DNA of 64,000 nt from Octopus vulgaris (taxonomy: Eukaryota), in NCBI GenBank assembly GCA_951406725.2, contig OX597817.1, forward strand, positions 83,080,001-83,144,000, written 5' to 3'. Under the pieces are notes generated by a model. That model was not told the DNA's origin, searched no databases, and worked only from the letters and a program-made list of their open reading frames with translations. The translations under genes were made by a program, and so were the position numbers. Positions within the stretch are counted from its first letter, which is position 1. Every line of letters begins with the position of its first letter. This document shows, piece by piece, positions 28,540 through 43,110 of the stretch.

Positions 28540-31330
28540 TTTCTTATATTCTTAAGAACATTTTACTTTTCTTGTTGTGCTTCCTATGTAGTATGCACCA
28601 CATTTGCCGCAGATGACCTTGTATGAAACATAGGTTCTCTGCTACATTTTGTCCTCTGCACATTATCAAATTGCCTTGATGTTTTATATGTGCTCTTGTT
28701 TCACTAAAGATGGTGGATAGCCATTGAAGTTTAGGTCTCTGAGGAACTGCTTGGTGATGGTGACTTTGCCGGTTACTTTGTTGCATTTGTTGCTTATTTG
28801 TGCAATCTCGTTTCCCACATATGCTGCTTTGGCTCTGGTGGGTACGGCTGATTGGTAGTGGATAAAAACTTTTCTGCTAGCAGCTTTTCTATAGAAGTTC
28901 GTAACCAGAGATGCCCTGTTTACAGACCTATCTGATCTGTAACCAGCAACTCAATGACAAATTTAAACTGGATATGGAGACCAAGTTCTGTTAGGCAGCC
29001 TATCAACTAAAATTTATCTTGACCTTTAAACATCTCCCCTCCACCCCATACCCAACATACTTTTCGTCCTTATCGTCATCGTTGACAACATCTTTTTCCC
29101 TGACGTCGTCGTCACCGTCGACGTCACTCCCACCATCATCTACATCTTCATCTTCATCACCGTCGTCTTTACCATCTTCATTGTCGTCATCATCACCTAC
29201 TCTTCATTTTTCTACATCCTCCTTTCCTTCCACCTCCCCAACCCCAATCTCTTTACCCCACCTCCACTGCACTAAGATTCCCCGTCTACCATCCCAACAA
29301 CCCATGCCAACCTCCTCCCCACAACCCTGAACTCAATAATATACTCGCTAGACTAAAACAATCCATATTGATCATATTAGATAAACGCGCTTCCTCATCA
29401 TGCAAACTTACTAGATCCCAACTCTTTACCTTCCAAAACTTAAGAGCCAAAAACCTCTTCTTCCTATCTTCTGGTAAAAGGAAATAATTTTACGCCATAG
29501 ATAAACTCACCTATAACTAGCTATCGAACGCCTCAACGAGACCACTTTATACATCACACCAAACAAACTGGAGTCCACTATCAACACCAGCTGGACCAAC
29601 ATTTGTAACTAAATGAAACCCTCTAAGAAGACTAGACTTGACTACATATCCAAAAACACTATCCTTCCATCCTTATATCATGTAATAAAAACCTACAAAC
29701 CCTGATCTAAGCTTAAAATTAGAGACCCATAGTATCAGGAATTAATCGTCCTTTTTATAAGATCTTGGAGTATGAAGATCTTGGATCTTTCTAAACTTCT
29801 CAAGCCTTTATTACACGCATTTTCCAGGCACGTCAGCAGTTCGCACGAAATCTTCAAAGAGTCAAAGATATTGATCCCTTCATACTCAAAAGTAACAAAT
29901 ACTATTTCAGTTTAGACGTAGTTTCATTTACACCTCCGTACCTGCCCTCCCGACTGTCGATATCCTACAGACCACATCACACCCTTCATATTCTTATCTC
30001 TCCACTCCACATCCTCTACCTCCATATCTGTTTCTTCATCTCCTCTTCCCTCCACGATAACCTCTTCCTCTCCATCTTCCCTTTCATTTTCTCCCGCCTC
30101 TCCATCCATCTACCTCCAGCTCTTCGGCCTCATACTCTCGCACACACTTATTTTCAATACAACGGTGTGATTTACAAACAGACTTCTGGCCTATCAATGG
30201 GATCTAGCCTTTCAGGACGTACATGAATAAGTTAGAACTCACTACACTCAACACCTGCCACACATGCATATTCTTCTCAAGATATGTTGGTGATATCCTT
30301 ATCGCATCCTCTGGGGCCGACGCCATTAACATACACCGACAATAACACCGACATACACATAAAATTCGAGATCAAACATCCAGACAAGTCCGGTTCCCTC
30401 TCCCTGCTCGACTTTCAACGCAGGATCACAGATGAAGGCTCCATATTTACTAACTTCTATAGAAAAGCTGCTAGCAGAAAAATTTCATCCACTACCAGTC
30501 AACCCTACCCACCAGAGCCAAAGCAACATACATGAGAAACGAGATTGCACGAATAAGCAACAAATGCAGCGAAATGGCTGACAAAGTCACCAACACCAAG
30601 TAGTTCCTCAAAGACCTAACCTTCAATCTTTAGCGAAACAACAGCACCTAAAGAACATCAGGGCGAATAAACTCCGGAAGAACCCTCATACTACCAAGTC
30701 CGGCAAATACTTCCTAATGCTACCATATTTTGATGGCAGAATTACTGCTGCGATAAAACACGCAGTCCGCAGAGAGGGACTCGTCATTCAAATAATACAC
30801 ACTGGTCCATCCCTGAGAAAAGTTGAGAACACGAACAACACCTTTCGTAACATCGAGGTGTGAACCTTATCAAATTGCCTTATCAAGTACCCCAAAAGGT
30901 GCCAGAGGACCTATGTTTTATACAAAGTCAGCCGCGGTAAATGTGGTGCATCCTACATAGGAAGCACAACAAAAAACTACACATACGCATAAAAGAACAC
31001 ATACAGACAGACACTTCCGTGAAGAAACATCTACACATATGACAGAACTGAGAGTTCAGAGTGTACATCAGGGCAACACAGCACAACAGAGGCAACCTTA
31101 GAATCTCCGAAGCCATATTAATACACCAACAGGAGCAAACTATGAACATCAGAAGAGAGTTACATGAAGCTAGTTAGTTGCTATAGCAACAACCTTACAC
31201 GCATGTCTTCTCCCTACACACTTTCACACATGTACATCTGCAACATTTGCTAATTCCTAGGGTAATTTACCAATAATTCATATGCCTTTTTTCTTGTGAT
31301 TTACCTTGGGTTTATTTCGCATTGCTCCGG
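28540..31330 (+). mobile_element. Degenerate Penelope-like element with 5' inverted segment (28540-28900 is approximately the reverse complement of 30450-30830)
   Basis: YFQYNGVIYKQTSGLSMGSSLSG, SRYVGDI, IKFEIKHPDKSGSLSLLDF, FYRKAA, and GIY-YIG VLYKV..KCGASYIGST..LHIRIKEH. Inverted copy of aacttctatagaaaagctgctagca. Confidence 0.85.
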
Positions 31331-31364
31331 CCTTGCGCAGGAATTTTATATAATACATATATGT

Positions 31365-31669
31365 ATTCAGATAAGAGGAGAAATAGAGCAACAACTAACA
31401 ACTAGAAGTTGATCAATGGCATTAAATGATTATGGTTTATTTACAGTTGAAATAACAAACTGAAATAGCTGTAAATGTTATTTATTTATATTTAAATTAT
31501 GACCATTTAATACCAATGGTCATGTAGTTGTTAATTGTTGCTCCATTTCTACTCATATCTCAATATATTAAACCACGGTTTACCTTTTAAAATTACCAAG
31601 TACTGTTAACCTTATAGCAAGCCTACGGATACATTTATCTCTGAGATGCTTGCATAACCGCTAACTCAT

Positions 31670-31670
<1 letters not shown>
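31365..31670 (+). mobile_element. PLE-like terminal fragment with inverted repeat and half hammerhead
   Basis: Inverted repeat 31365-31404 vs 31525-31565, gaaatagctgta at ~31462, followed by (TA)n. Confidence 0.5.
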
Positions 31671-31724
<54 letters not shown>

Positions 31725-31819
31725 AGGTAATTGAAAATGAATGATTGAAAATGAAGGATCCGATTTCATTACGCAATATTTTAATGCGGAAAAGCAATAG
31801 AAAACTCCAGCTAAGTCAC

Positions 31820-32170
31820 AAGTATTTACTCGCAATCAACTTTTCTTTGCTGTCTTACAAGTGTTCAACAGCAATGCCATAAGAGAATTCCTCCCAAACG
31901 CGTATCAGCATAACGAAATCAAGTTCATTATGGAACTAAAGAATAAATCTGCTTTGCTTGATGTGATTCCAGAAGATATTGACATTAAAGGGAAATAGAA
32001 AAACTTCGATAAAGCATTGAGCGAGACAGCTCAAGAAGTACTCACTAGATCGTGATATGCTATTACGGTCCTGGGAGGAATTCTCTTATAACATTAATGT
32101 TGCCCGTACTGCAGTTGGTGGCCACATTGAACACTTGTAAGACAAGAAATAAAACTTCATTGTGAGTGTT
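31820..32170. mobile_element. Inverted pair of Tc1-type transposase 3' ends flanking an RTE-like linker fragment
   Basis: Right arm reads DMLLRSWEEFSYNINVARTAVGGHIEHL*, and the left arm is its deleted reverse complement. The middle reads MELKNKSALLDVIPEDIDIKGK*KNFDKALSETAQEVL. Confidence 0.55.
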
Positions 32171-32603
32171 TTTCAGTTACCTATTCACACACCACAGATG
32201 CCCAAACGCAACATGGAAGTACGGGTAATACTACTACTGGATAGCACAGGATAAATCTGAAGGTGGACGAGCTCTATACTGTACTCTACTACGTTTTTTA
32301 CAGAATATACCGTAACTATATGTATGTGGTGGTGAGGGGTAGGGGTTTGAAATATTCGATACACAATTTCACTGAAAATTACTAGTTAAAAAAAAAGCTT
32401 AACAATGCCGGTTGTTTTGGTTAGTATGTTTATGTTGCTTATGCTTATGTAGGCGAAATTCTGTTGATTCTCATATAAAAGAGAAGTCGGATGTTGCAGC
32501 TTTACTGCTTTATCAGCAGTGATATTCATATATGCGAACTAAAACCTGCTTTCAAAAGTTTTAAAGCATTCTTTTTGTATTACAAGCTCCCAATACATAC
32601 ACA

Positions 32604-32634
<31 letters not shown>

Positions 32635-33775
32635 GCGCGCGCACACACACACAGACATTCATATATATAAACATATAAATATTTAAAATTTGGTTTATTT
32701 CACAAGCTTCAACAAACGAATTATTCTATGAAATCCAATTCCCACACACACGAACACGTGTGTACCCACACGCATGCACAGCATTGATAGTTGCATGAAT
32801 ACCTAAGCGGCATATATTCCTGTATATGTTTGTGTGCCTGTGTTCGAATGTATTTGGGCATTTGACAATATAATGGACTTAATAATTGTTTTGCTTTGGC
32901 AAATAGCTTGTTCTATCATTTTAATGCGTTCTATTTATTCTCTTAATTCTCCTCCTAGGCAATTGCATTACATTAAATTGCAGTTATTCTGTTAAATTGT
33001 CATCCTGTGTTGTTTATGTCCTGTGAGATATTGAGTTTACTTTAGTTTATAGAAGTTGAAATTGTAATTAATTTTCTCTTCATTCAACTTATTGTTTCAT
33101 TTTAGAATTCAGTGAGGAAAACCAGAAGTGAACTGACTGCTGCAATGAGAAATATAAAATAAAAACATTCGAATATTATGTCTACTTCAATTTAACTTTC
33201 ATGAATTCCGTTTATTATTAGTATTATATTTTTCATTTGCCTTCACAAATTTGTATCAGAAAAAATGTTTTGATAAGTGTAACGCTAATTATAATGTCAG
33301 ATAAAAAAAATATAGCAATTGTTATGCTTTAGTTTTGTTATTATTAACAGAAACTCCATGGCATCTGGTTTAAGCATTGATTTCATGCGTAGACTCAATG
33401 GCTGTTTGGCCCCAAGTCAAACCCGATCGAGCTGATGCATAATCAAAAGTGCATATACCATGATCATCTCGTCGCATCATTTCTATGAGACGGAAGTTTG
33501 GATGATTTTTCTAAAATGTGAAGTGGCAACGGGTGAAATAGAATCTGCCGTCGTGGCAGAATTATGTTTAATCCTTTTGGTTCACTTATATTTCTGACAT
33601 TAATTTTATTAAGCGGTATCACATAGAAACCTAAGCAGATTTCAAGAAGTAATTAACGAGTGTATGCTTGTTACACATTAAGACATTAATACCATGCACC
33701 AATAATTGTACCGTTCACCTGAATCTGATTCTTTGAAAGATAATTGATTGATATAGTGATACTACCTTTCTACGA

Positions 33776-33990
33776 AGCGGTGAGCATCCAGAATCATTAA
33801 CACGTTGGACAAACATTCTCAGTGGCATTTCTTCCTGTTTTTTACGTCCTCAGTACAAATTCATTCAGGCCAACTTTATGCTCCCTCCTATAGAAGTCAT
33901 TAAAACTAAGAACCAATCAAATGTGGGGTCGATGTAATCAACTAACACGCTACTCTTTAAACTGCTGACCTTGTGCCAAAAATTGCAAAA
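33776..33990 (+). mobile_element. SINE family B (old)
   Basis: gcggtgagcatccagaatcattaac...ggggtcgatgtaatc...ccttgtgccaaaa. Confidence 0.65.
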
Positions 33991-34081
33991 CAATTACTTT
34001 TTAAATCTTTTCTTTATTTACAATTTATAGTGAAAGTTAGACAATATCTAAATGTGAACATAAATTCTTTCGTGTCACCTT

Positions 34082-34530
34082 TACATGTTTCAGTCGTTGG
34101 GTTGTGGTCATGCAAGAGCACAACCTTGAACGGTTTTAGTTGAAAAGAAATGGACTGTAGTACTTATTTCAAAATCTGGCTCTTATTTTATGGGTTTCTG
34201 TTACCGAAATGATAAATTACGGGGGCATAAAGGAACCAACACCGGTTGTCAATCGATAGTGGAAGATAAAACGCACACACACGCGTACATACACGCACAC
34301 ATACACGCACATGCACACACATACACGCAAACATACACACACACAAACGCACACATGCACAAACACACACACGCACACATGCACAAACACACACGCGGTG
34401 GGTTTCCAACACAGTTTCTGTCTATCAAATTCATTAATGAAGCATTGGCCGGCCTGTTCGAGGTGCTACGTAGTTGGATTAAACCAAAATGCACGTACTT
34501 GCAAAGCAAGCTTCCTAATCATACAGCCAT
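34082..34530 (-). mobile_element. SINE family A (old)
   Basis: tgtttcagtcgttgggttgtggtcatg...cggttgtcaa...cagtttctgtctatcaaattca. Confidence 0.65.
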
Positions 34531-35782
34531 AATAAAATATTTCAAATTATTTCGAAACTTAGGTAAGAAGAGCAAGAGAATATGTTACGTTTATATTTGA
34601 TAATAGCCGATATACATGAACGTTGGTTGGTTTTTGTTGGTTGTTTTCCTTAATCACGCTTGACATCGTGTTGTGAGAAGAGAAGAGAGCGAGAGAGAGC
34701 AAAAGAAAGATACATAGAAAATTAGCATAAGACGTGCGAGATGAGTATCGTATATCTTTCGAAAAAATACATATTTTTTAATGAAATCTCGCTGAGATAG
34801 GTTTCCGATAGAATACATTGTGATTATGTTGATAAAGTTTAGAAAAACAATACCGTATATTTATCACAGATATACAACTGAAAAACTTGATTTATTTCAT
34901 TCTATTTTAAAGTAATAAATATTTTTCTTTTGGAAGTTAATATTCATTTTGTATAATCACCGACTAATTTGATAGAGCTTAAATTCTAATTATCGTATGA
35001 ATACCATGTTTCCTTATATTACCGTTGTTTGCAAAAGTATACTTTGAAATTTTAGTTAGTTATGACGGACAAAATTCTAGTTCACCTATGATACGTTATG
35101 TTATACTGATGGGTTATCTTAAAAATTATTAATGTTACTGCTTGTGATATCAGCAAATGAAGAATAGAAATGGCGCAAGAACGTCATTCATGTGGTAAGC
35201 GGTTCGGACACTCTCTCAGCTGTAACTGAGGTCTACAGTCCTGTTCAAGAAACATTAAAGAAACTTAAGACATAGCTAATGGACAGCGACCATAACATGA
35301 ATTCACTTAACAGAGAAATTTCACCCCAATGTAATAATAATCAGGGAGATATTTTTGTCATATTCTCAAATCCATGAAGTTCAGATATAAGAGTTATTTG
35401 GTTCTTTATTTATAATGTAAAGAAATGATTCACCAGAGAGGTAAAAAAGATAAATTACATACAATCTTCTATGAATTCGTACCGATTGCTACGTGTATTT
35501 TTGCAATATATAAATATACATTTAATAAGAACAAAAAATAACTTTTTTTCTTTCTATAAACGGTTTATACGCTCAGATGCAGTACATTATCTGCTTTTTA
35601 TAAAGCTAATACGTTTTATAATGTATTAAAATAACTTATAATAGGATTGAGTACATTTTCTTCAAAGTAAATGTTGACGCATGTTTTATATCCAAAGAAA
35701 CAATGTATTCTTTATATGTCAAAATGTAGATATCCTCATATACATACATACATACACACACACAGACATATATATATACATA

Positions 35783-35843
<61 letters not shown>

Positions 35844-35886
35844 ATATACATATACACATATATATATGTCTCTCTCTCTATATATG

Positions 35887-35925
<39 letters not shown>

Positions 35926-35928
<3 letters not shown>

Positions 35929-36104
35929 AAGGTGGAAAACTGTGACTATCCGAGATTTTCTAAGGACGTGAAAAGCTTTTTCAGAACGAAAGTATTTTAA
36001 GTGAAACAACACAATACATTTCCACGGAACTACCTGTTTTATAGCTCTCAACAACATAATTTAAAATAATACTGAGAAATTATATATACATACACACATG
36101 TATG

Positions 36105-36141
<37 letters not shown>

Positions 36142-36176
36142 CATACATGTGTGTATGTATATATAATTTCTCAGTA

Positions 36177-36221
<45 letters not shown>

Positions 36222-36400
36222 CATACATGTGTGTATGTATATATAATTTCTCAGTATTATTTTAATTGATGTTGTTGAGAGCTGTAAAACAGGTAGGTCC
36301 GTGGAAATGTATTGTGTTGTTTCACTTAAAATACTTTCGTTCTGTAAAAGCTTTTCACGTCCTTAGAAAAACTCGGATAGTCACAGTTTTCCACCTTCCT
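35926..36400. repeat. Foldback with ~185-bp arms and a (TA)n spacer, probably a PLE end
   Basis: aggaaggtggaaaactgtgactatccgag... vs ...ctcggatagtcacagttttccaccttcct. A 45-bp partial third copy lies in the spacer. Confidence 0.85.
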
Positions 36401-36543
36401 CCATGATAATTTTAGATATTTATGTATTTATAAAAATATACTACTTTTCATAGTCTTGGGTTACAATACACGATCACCAAAAAATTTCTGAATTTTTATA
36501 TTCTGATATAGTTGTAGATATTTTAACCTGCTTAGAGGAGGGG

Positions 36544-37587
36544 AGGAAATGAGAAAATGTCTGGAGGAAATGGGAACACATTTACACCTTGTCCAGCTTA
36601 TTAGATCACTCTATCAAAACCAAGAGGCTACAGTACGGACACCACATGGCAACACTGATTGGTTTGAGATTGGAAATGGCACTCGGCAAGGTTGCATCCT
36701 GTCACCAGCAGCCTTCAACATGTACGCTGAGAAGGTCATGAGGAATGCAGGCCTGGAGGATAGCAGCCTCGGAGTGAGGATTGGAGGAAGAAATATTAAT
36801 AACCTTCACTATGCAGATGATACAACCCTGCAGGCGGAGAGTGGTAAGGATCTGGAGGATCTTGTCCTGCTGGTCAAGAAAGAGAGTGAGATATTTGGTC
36901 TGTACCTCAATGTTAAGAAAACGAAGATCATGTCAACAGCAGCCACACCAAACATCAGCATCAAGATCGATAATGAATATATTGAAGTGGTTGATGATTT
37001 CATATTCCTTGGCTCCAAAATAAATCGAGATGGTGACTGTAATCCAGAAATAAGACGGCGGATAATACTAGGCAGAGAGACAATGGTCAGCATGAACAGG
37101 GTCTGGAAGAGTAGAGGCATCAGACTCGCTACCAAATGCAAATTGGTGAATGAAATTGTCTTCCCAATAGCAACATATGGATGCGAGACCTGGACACTAA
37201 AGAAAGCTGACCAGAAGAGAATTAATGCATTCGAGCTTTGATGTTGGAGAAGACTTTTACGGATTCCATGGACAGCGAGGCTCACCAATCGAGAAGTTCT
37301 TAAGCAGATAAGGCTGAAAATATTGCTAGAAGCTAGGATCATCAAGCATAGATTGGCCTATTTCGGTCGTATTATGCGGAGAAAATCCCAGGAGAAGGAC
37401 ATCATGTTCGAAATGGTCAGTGGCAAGAGAGGAAGAGGCCGACCAAGAACCCGCTGGCTTGACACCATCAATAGTGATACCGGAATGGACATAGCCAATC
37501 TGAAAGAAGCGGCCCAGGATAGAACTGACTGGAGGACACTGATCCAACGAGTGACCGAAAGTCGTCTTCGACTGAGCGGTTGATGAC
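36544..37587 (+). mobile_element. 5'-truncated RTE (BovB-like) LINE, RT C-terminal half
   Basis: GTRQGCILSP, NLHYADDT, GLYLNVKKTKIM, FIFLGSKI, YGCETWTL, GKRGRGRPRTRWLD. One frame 36549-37583 with a single TGA (Trp position) at 37239. TSD agaggagggg at 36534-36543 and 37588-37597. Confidence 0.92.
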
Positions 37588-38654
37588 AGAGGAGGGGGAA
37601 GAGTAACAGCGATGACTATTTAATAGAATTTTTACATTTAAGTCTTCAGTTTAAATATAAAGCTAAATTGAGAATAAGCTGCCCCTCAGAAAGATCGCAT
37701 GAAAAATAGAATCATAAATAATTAGAAACAAAGGGTGAAGCTGCTATAGAACAGAAATAGAAATCATCTGCGAATACTCGGAAATCAGTTGCGAGTTCTA
37801 CTTTATAGGAAACAACTTCTAGTCCTGTAATAAAAATTTCTTCTTGATCAGCATTAAGATTAACTTGAAAATTTAGGTGACACCATGAAGATTAATTACA
37901 GCATAAGTAACGAAAATGATTTTCAATCTGAAATCGAAACATGATTTCAGCAATGGTCACAAAACAATGTTAAATAAAATTTCTAATTTAAAATTTTCGA
38001 TTTATAGTGGATAGAATTATATTATACTCTTTCGCCTGTGAACTAAACTAATTAATGAATAAAAAAAACTCCTGTAATATTGTTTATCCTATTTCACCCA
38101 ATATTAAATTCTAATCTCCATAAAATAGAAATTTAGTTTCTTTAGAAAATAGCCTGATGCTGTGCTAAAATCTTGTAGCTTAATCCTGTAGTACTATTAA
38201 ATCTCAGAAAAAGATATGGTGCGTGATAAAATACTAAAGAGACACTAAAATTTAATGTTTTTTTTCTTTTTTATTCAAATTAATTTTTATGTATTTTCTT
38301 TATAAAGATTATTGTACTGGGACTAGTTTCCATGAAACACATCGCTACCATTCTGTCACTGAAACTAAAAGCTTCTTTCCGTTAAAAACAGTTTGGTACA
38401 CACGATTGTGCATAATTCAATGTACAATCTGTTTGGAATGTTTTAGTTCTTCATTGTGAACTGTTATAACTTTCCATATTGATATTTTCCATCTTTAATT
38501 AATTGTAATGATGACTCTCTTAGGTGGCTATTTGTCGTCTATTACTTTAGAGAGTAATCTGCTGAAAATAATAGCTCTGAACTCCAGTAGAGATGCGATC
38601 TAAAGTGTTTCGGTTACAAAGATTAGGGGGAAAAATTCTACTTACTCGTAAATT

Positions 38655-38888
38655 GTATATTTCTTTACTACCCACAAGGGGCTAAACACAGAGAGGACAA
38701 ACAAGGACAGACAAACGGATTAGGTCGATTATATCGACCCCAGTGCGTAACTGCTACTTAATTTATCGACCCCGAAAGGATGAAAGGCAAAGTCGACCTC
38801 GTCGGAATTTGAACTCAGAACGTAACGGCAGACGAAATACGGCTACGCATTTCGCCCGGCGTGCTAACGTTTCTGCCAGCTCGCCGCC
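38655..38888 (-). mobile_element. SINE family B, young copy with 14-bp TSD
   Basis: TSD cttactcgtaaatt at 38641-38654 and 38888-38901. Confidence 0.9.
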
Positions 38889-40029
38889 TTACTCGTAAAT
38901 TATAACGATGCAAGTTCTTCATTCATTTAGTGATTCAACGAACGCATATCTAGAATTGCAAAATATTTTATGGTAATATAGAATGCGCGGTCTGTGGAAC
39001 TGGAGGATAAGAATTGAACCAATTCTCGACAGAATATCTTTTAAGCCACTTGTTATCGTATCTACTTAAAATCGATGTCATACGGTTCGGTAGTTTATAT
39101 TACTTTAATTGTGTTATGTGAAGGAGAGAACGTTTCCACTAGCTACTTTACATTCTCTTACTTTTCTCATATCAGATTCATTGTATCACCTATTCCATAT
39201 CCAATAATCCATACAAGGATGTTTGTTAGTTGTCTATCAAGTAGAGGCGTAACGCTTCCGCGAGAAAGTATTTCGTGTTTTTTTTTTTCATTTTTCTCAA
39301 CACGTAAAACAAACACTTTCAAAAGGAACATGATACCAAAACACAATATTCTGTGAAAGCAAATACCACCAGAACATGTTACGTCCGTTAATTACACTAA
39401 TAAGCATATTAGCTTTGAAAGAGTAAAATGTAAAACAGGACGTGCATCACTACTACAATATTTGCAATACATTGTTTTTATCATACATTTTTTTCAACAA
39501 TCTAACGTTTGTGGCCTCTCAACCATCCTGTTGCTTTATATAATTACTATTGGTTTGATTATTTGGGCCAGGTCCAATCAATTAAGCAACGATGAATGGT
39601 TAGAAGAACAGATGGTCGGTGTGTTAACATCAACAAAGAACAGAATTGGCCAAGTGGTTTAGGTACTAGTATATACTATTCATAGGTTATGAGTTCAATA
39701 CCGTTGTAAATATTGTGTTCTGTTTTTGAGAACACTTTCTTAATTCACTTAATTACTAGAAACACATATTAAATCTCCAGAACCTTCATGCAGCTGAATT
39801 CTCTTCAGAGGCACAGTTATTCTTTCATCTTATTTCAAATATAATCTGTAAGACAGCTCTCACCGGTCATTCACTGGTCAAAACCACACTGATATTAGTG
39901 TTCATGGTAAATATCATTTATCAGGAGGTATAGCTACTGTGCAAGAATTGAATATATCAAAGTTTCTATGCAATATCAACGTATGTATGGATAATTCACT
40001 GCTTATATGCACTGTCGTTTTCTTTTCCG

Positions 40030-41050
40030 GTTTACTTAACTTGTGTTCAAGTAATGTCCTGCTCACCGCATATACAGCTTAAGTATATTCAAGTGTGTAT
40101 CATCACAGATAAATCGACGAAGGGAATGCTTTTGAAGCACTACACCATTCATGCCTGTACTGCATCGTGACGTATCAAATGACCACACCAAACTCGTATA
40201 ATATACAGATGTTGTGGCCGGGTCGTAAAATGAGTGGACTAGTTTTAGTGATCAAGAGACTTTTTTTTTTGTTCTCCTAGTTTAGAAAGTAGGAAACATT
40301 TGAAGGGGGCGACATTGAAGGCAACAGTGAGTAAGAATTCGTTATTTTTCATAGGCTTTCATATGATTGAAACTTTGGCTCCTGAAATTCCGGCATAAAT
40401 TTAGACACACTAGACTATAATTTAGGGACTGTGATTATGAAGAAAGATAGATGTTGCTGGAAATTTGGCGAATTCTTTTTGTCATGTCGACAGCGTTACT
40501 TGCAGAGAAATTTGTGTTGAGTGGATGTAAGGCTGTCATATACAGTAGTCTTGTCCGTTTCACCTACATGCTATCAGCTCAACATTCCAGTTTTAAGTTT
40601 TATCTGCATTAATCTCACAAACAGATTGTTCGAAGCATTGCAAAACCTGTGCACCACTGACGTTGTTACCGTCATTGTCTTCTCTTCAGCCTTGATTAAA
40701 AACCATCAATACAAACACATGAAAATTATATCCTCCTAAAGAAAGAGGTACATTAGACAGATACATTGCACAAGTAGAAGTAGATTACTGTGCCTAGTGG
40801 GTTACTTGCTTTCTGCAGCCATCGAAAGTAGGATAGCGAGTAGCTGACATAGTTAATACAAATCTACCTTTGATATGCTTGTCGCAAATGTTTCACCGTC
40901 TAAGTGGATGCTGTAAAGAAATAATGATATCCCTAAAGCCTGATGGACTGGGCTTAATTTTCAAAGTAATATTCCACACGAGGAGGAGATTGGATAACAA
41001 TTAAAATTCTGGAACATGTAGATACACCCGAAGCCGTGATTACTTCGTAC
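40030..41050 (-). mobile_element. Highly decayed RTE-like LINE fragment
   Basis: Faint RT-like reading (..FEQSVCEINADKT..) with many lesions. Confidence 0.35.
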
Positions 41051-42499
41051 ACCACCGCAATCTAAATGAGTGTTGATTTTGTCAGTACTAGTTAGATGTA
41101 GGTGTTTCGTTTATTTACTTGGCTTGTATACAAATAAATGGAAATAAAAAATATAGAAACATCTTCCCACAGTCAATAAATCACCAAGTGATACATCGTT
41201 TGACTTTGTGATTAATTTGAATAGATAACAACATATTTCCTCAATGCTGAGTTTTTTCTCTTCTTTTCAAGATAAAGAGATTGTACGATGTTTTTTATAG
41301 AAACAATTTAAAATGTTATACAGAACTGAACTATTTCTCAGCAAAGGGAATTTCAACAAGTTCCGAAATATTTTGATATGTTTTTTCTGCATCTCCACAA
41401 TAGAAACATTTTTTATCAGTTTCGTTATTCATGATTGTTTTATTATTTTTTTTTTGTCTTCAGCAATGAAGGAAATATACTATCACCACAAGAAACGACA
41501 TAAAAATTCAAATTTCATTCTTATGCATATTTATAAAAATCTTCCAAGTTTGTAAATCGAAATCCGATACATCTTGCTACTTTAGTATTCAATGAAAACA
41601 GATATTGAGGCTTCGTTTCTAAAACCATATTATGGATTGCTATAATGGATCTCAAGTGTCTCTGGATTTGTCAAACCTTAAAAGAATATGACACAATATA
41701 TCATAATCTAATAGTAATATAAAATAGCAAGGCGTTGAGAGGTACAAACGTTAGATTGTTAAAGAATATATGATAATAACAATGTGCTGCAGTTATTGCG
41801 GTAGTGACGCATATCCTTTTACATTCTAGTTGTAAACCTCACCGGGATTAACTTTGTCATTCAAGGCGATAGAATAATTACCAGTGTTCATATGATGGAA
41901 CAACTGAAATGACTTTCTTCTTTTCCCTCAAAAATCTGTAATATTTTGCATATGAATTAAATTGATACAATGTGTCAATGTGAGAACCCAAGCCCTGTAG
42001 ATACCCGTATATTTAAAATATGGTCCTTTGATTTATAGAAATACTTTCGTATATTAATTTTAAAAAGGAAAAGATTGTTGAATTATTCTTCGTGAATTTC
42101 GATTTCAAGCCTGCTGCAGGCCTTTCTTTCTGACAAAGATATATATTTTTTTTACCTGCTTTGCCTTGTTTCACTGGTCGAACTATTGAGAACAGTATTC
42201 AGACAAGCTGAGAATATTCGGGTTTAGAGTTTAGTCCGCCAATCATCTCGGTTCACTTTGCAATTGCATTTACATCCTGGTTCTGCTTAACATATATTTG
42301 TTGATCGTATGGGATTCAGGACAACCCTTTAAAATATAGATGCACGTTATACAGCCAGTGAAAAATATAAAACTTATCATTGTGGTGGTCATCATCATAA
42401 TAATTCTTATCTACAATATTCTTCACCTCATCTCTATACTTTTCTCCAAAACTTATACAGGTTTTTATTTTCTTTCCTTCCCCTAGGTCACATTTAATT

Positions 42500-43110
42500 G
42501 GCATTAGTAACAAATCCACAAGGACGTGGTATCATTTACAAAATTTTTCCTGTCATAATGCTGTACTTGAATATTCTGAGACGAATTGTGTATGTACAAA
42601 GTGCTGGGATTATAAACTGATACTTGTGGTTAGTATCTTAAGGATTGTCACGACAGAAGTAATGAGAGATTCGTATACCAAGCAGCATAGAATACTATGT
42701 TTATGTCAAGAGCAGTTATACTGTTTCAACCTATTTCCGATGGCAAAAAAAGGAACAGGGATTTACAGTCGTTAAGATGTTAGAAAGGAATGAGAAAATA
42801 TGATACAAACATCGGTAGAATCATCTTTATTTGAATGTAATGAAAGGGACATTGACACAGTTGGGTGGAAGTGACCGGAGATACTTTCGAAGTTGTTTGT
42901 TATATCATTGGTGGATCGGAAAGGACTAGCTCTGGAAGATAGAGAGCACAGTGAGAAGCTATATGCAAAGTAAGCAACAAATGTGAAGGGTGTATTTGAT
43001 TGAATACGTCATATAGAATTCAGTGTCCATTTCAGAAATGGAGAGAAGAGAACTTTAATGAGTTTAGTTGAGATATTTGAACGAAAATATTGGTGATTAC
43101 ATATTGCAAA
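42500..43110 (+). mobile_element. Highly decayed RTE-like LINE fragment
   Basis: Purine-rich, with faint remnants of an RT insert and the LE.V..F.YLGD region. Confidence 0.3.

Noticed and set aside
37239-37241. TGA readthrough in the RTE ORF
   Set aside because: It sits at a conserved Trp position (FELWCWRR) in a 5'-truncated copy, so it is a simple TGG>TGA mutation.
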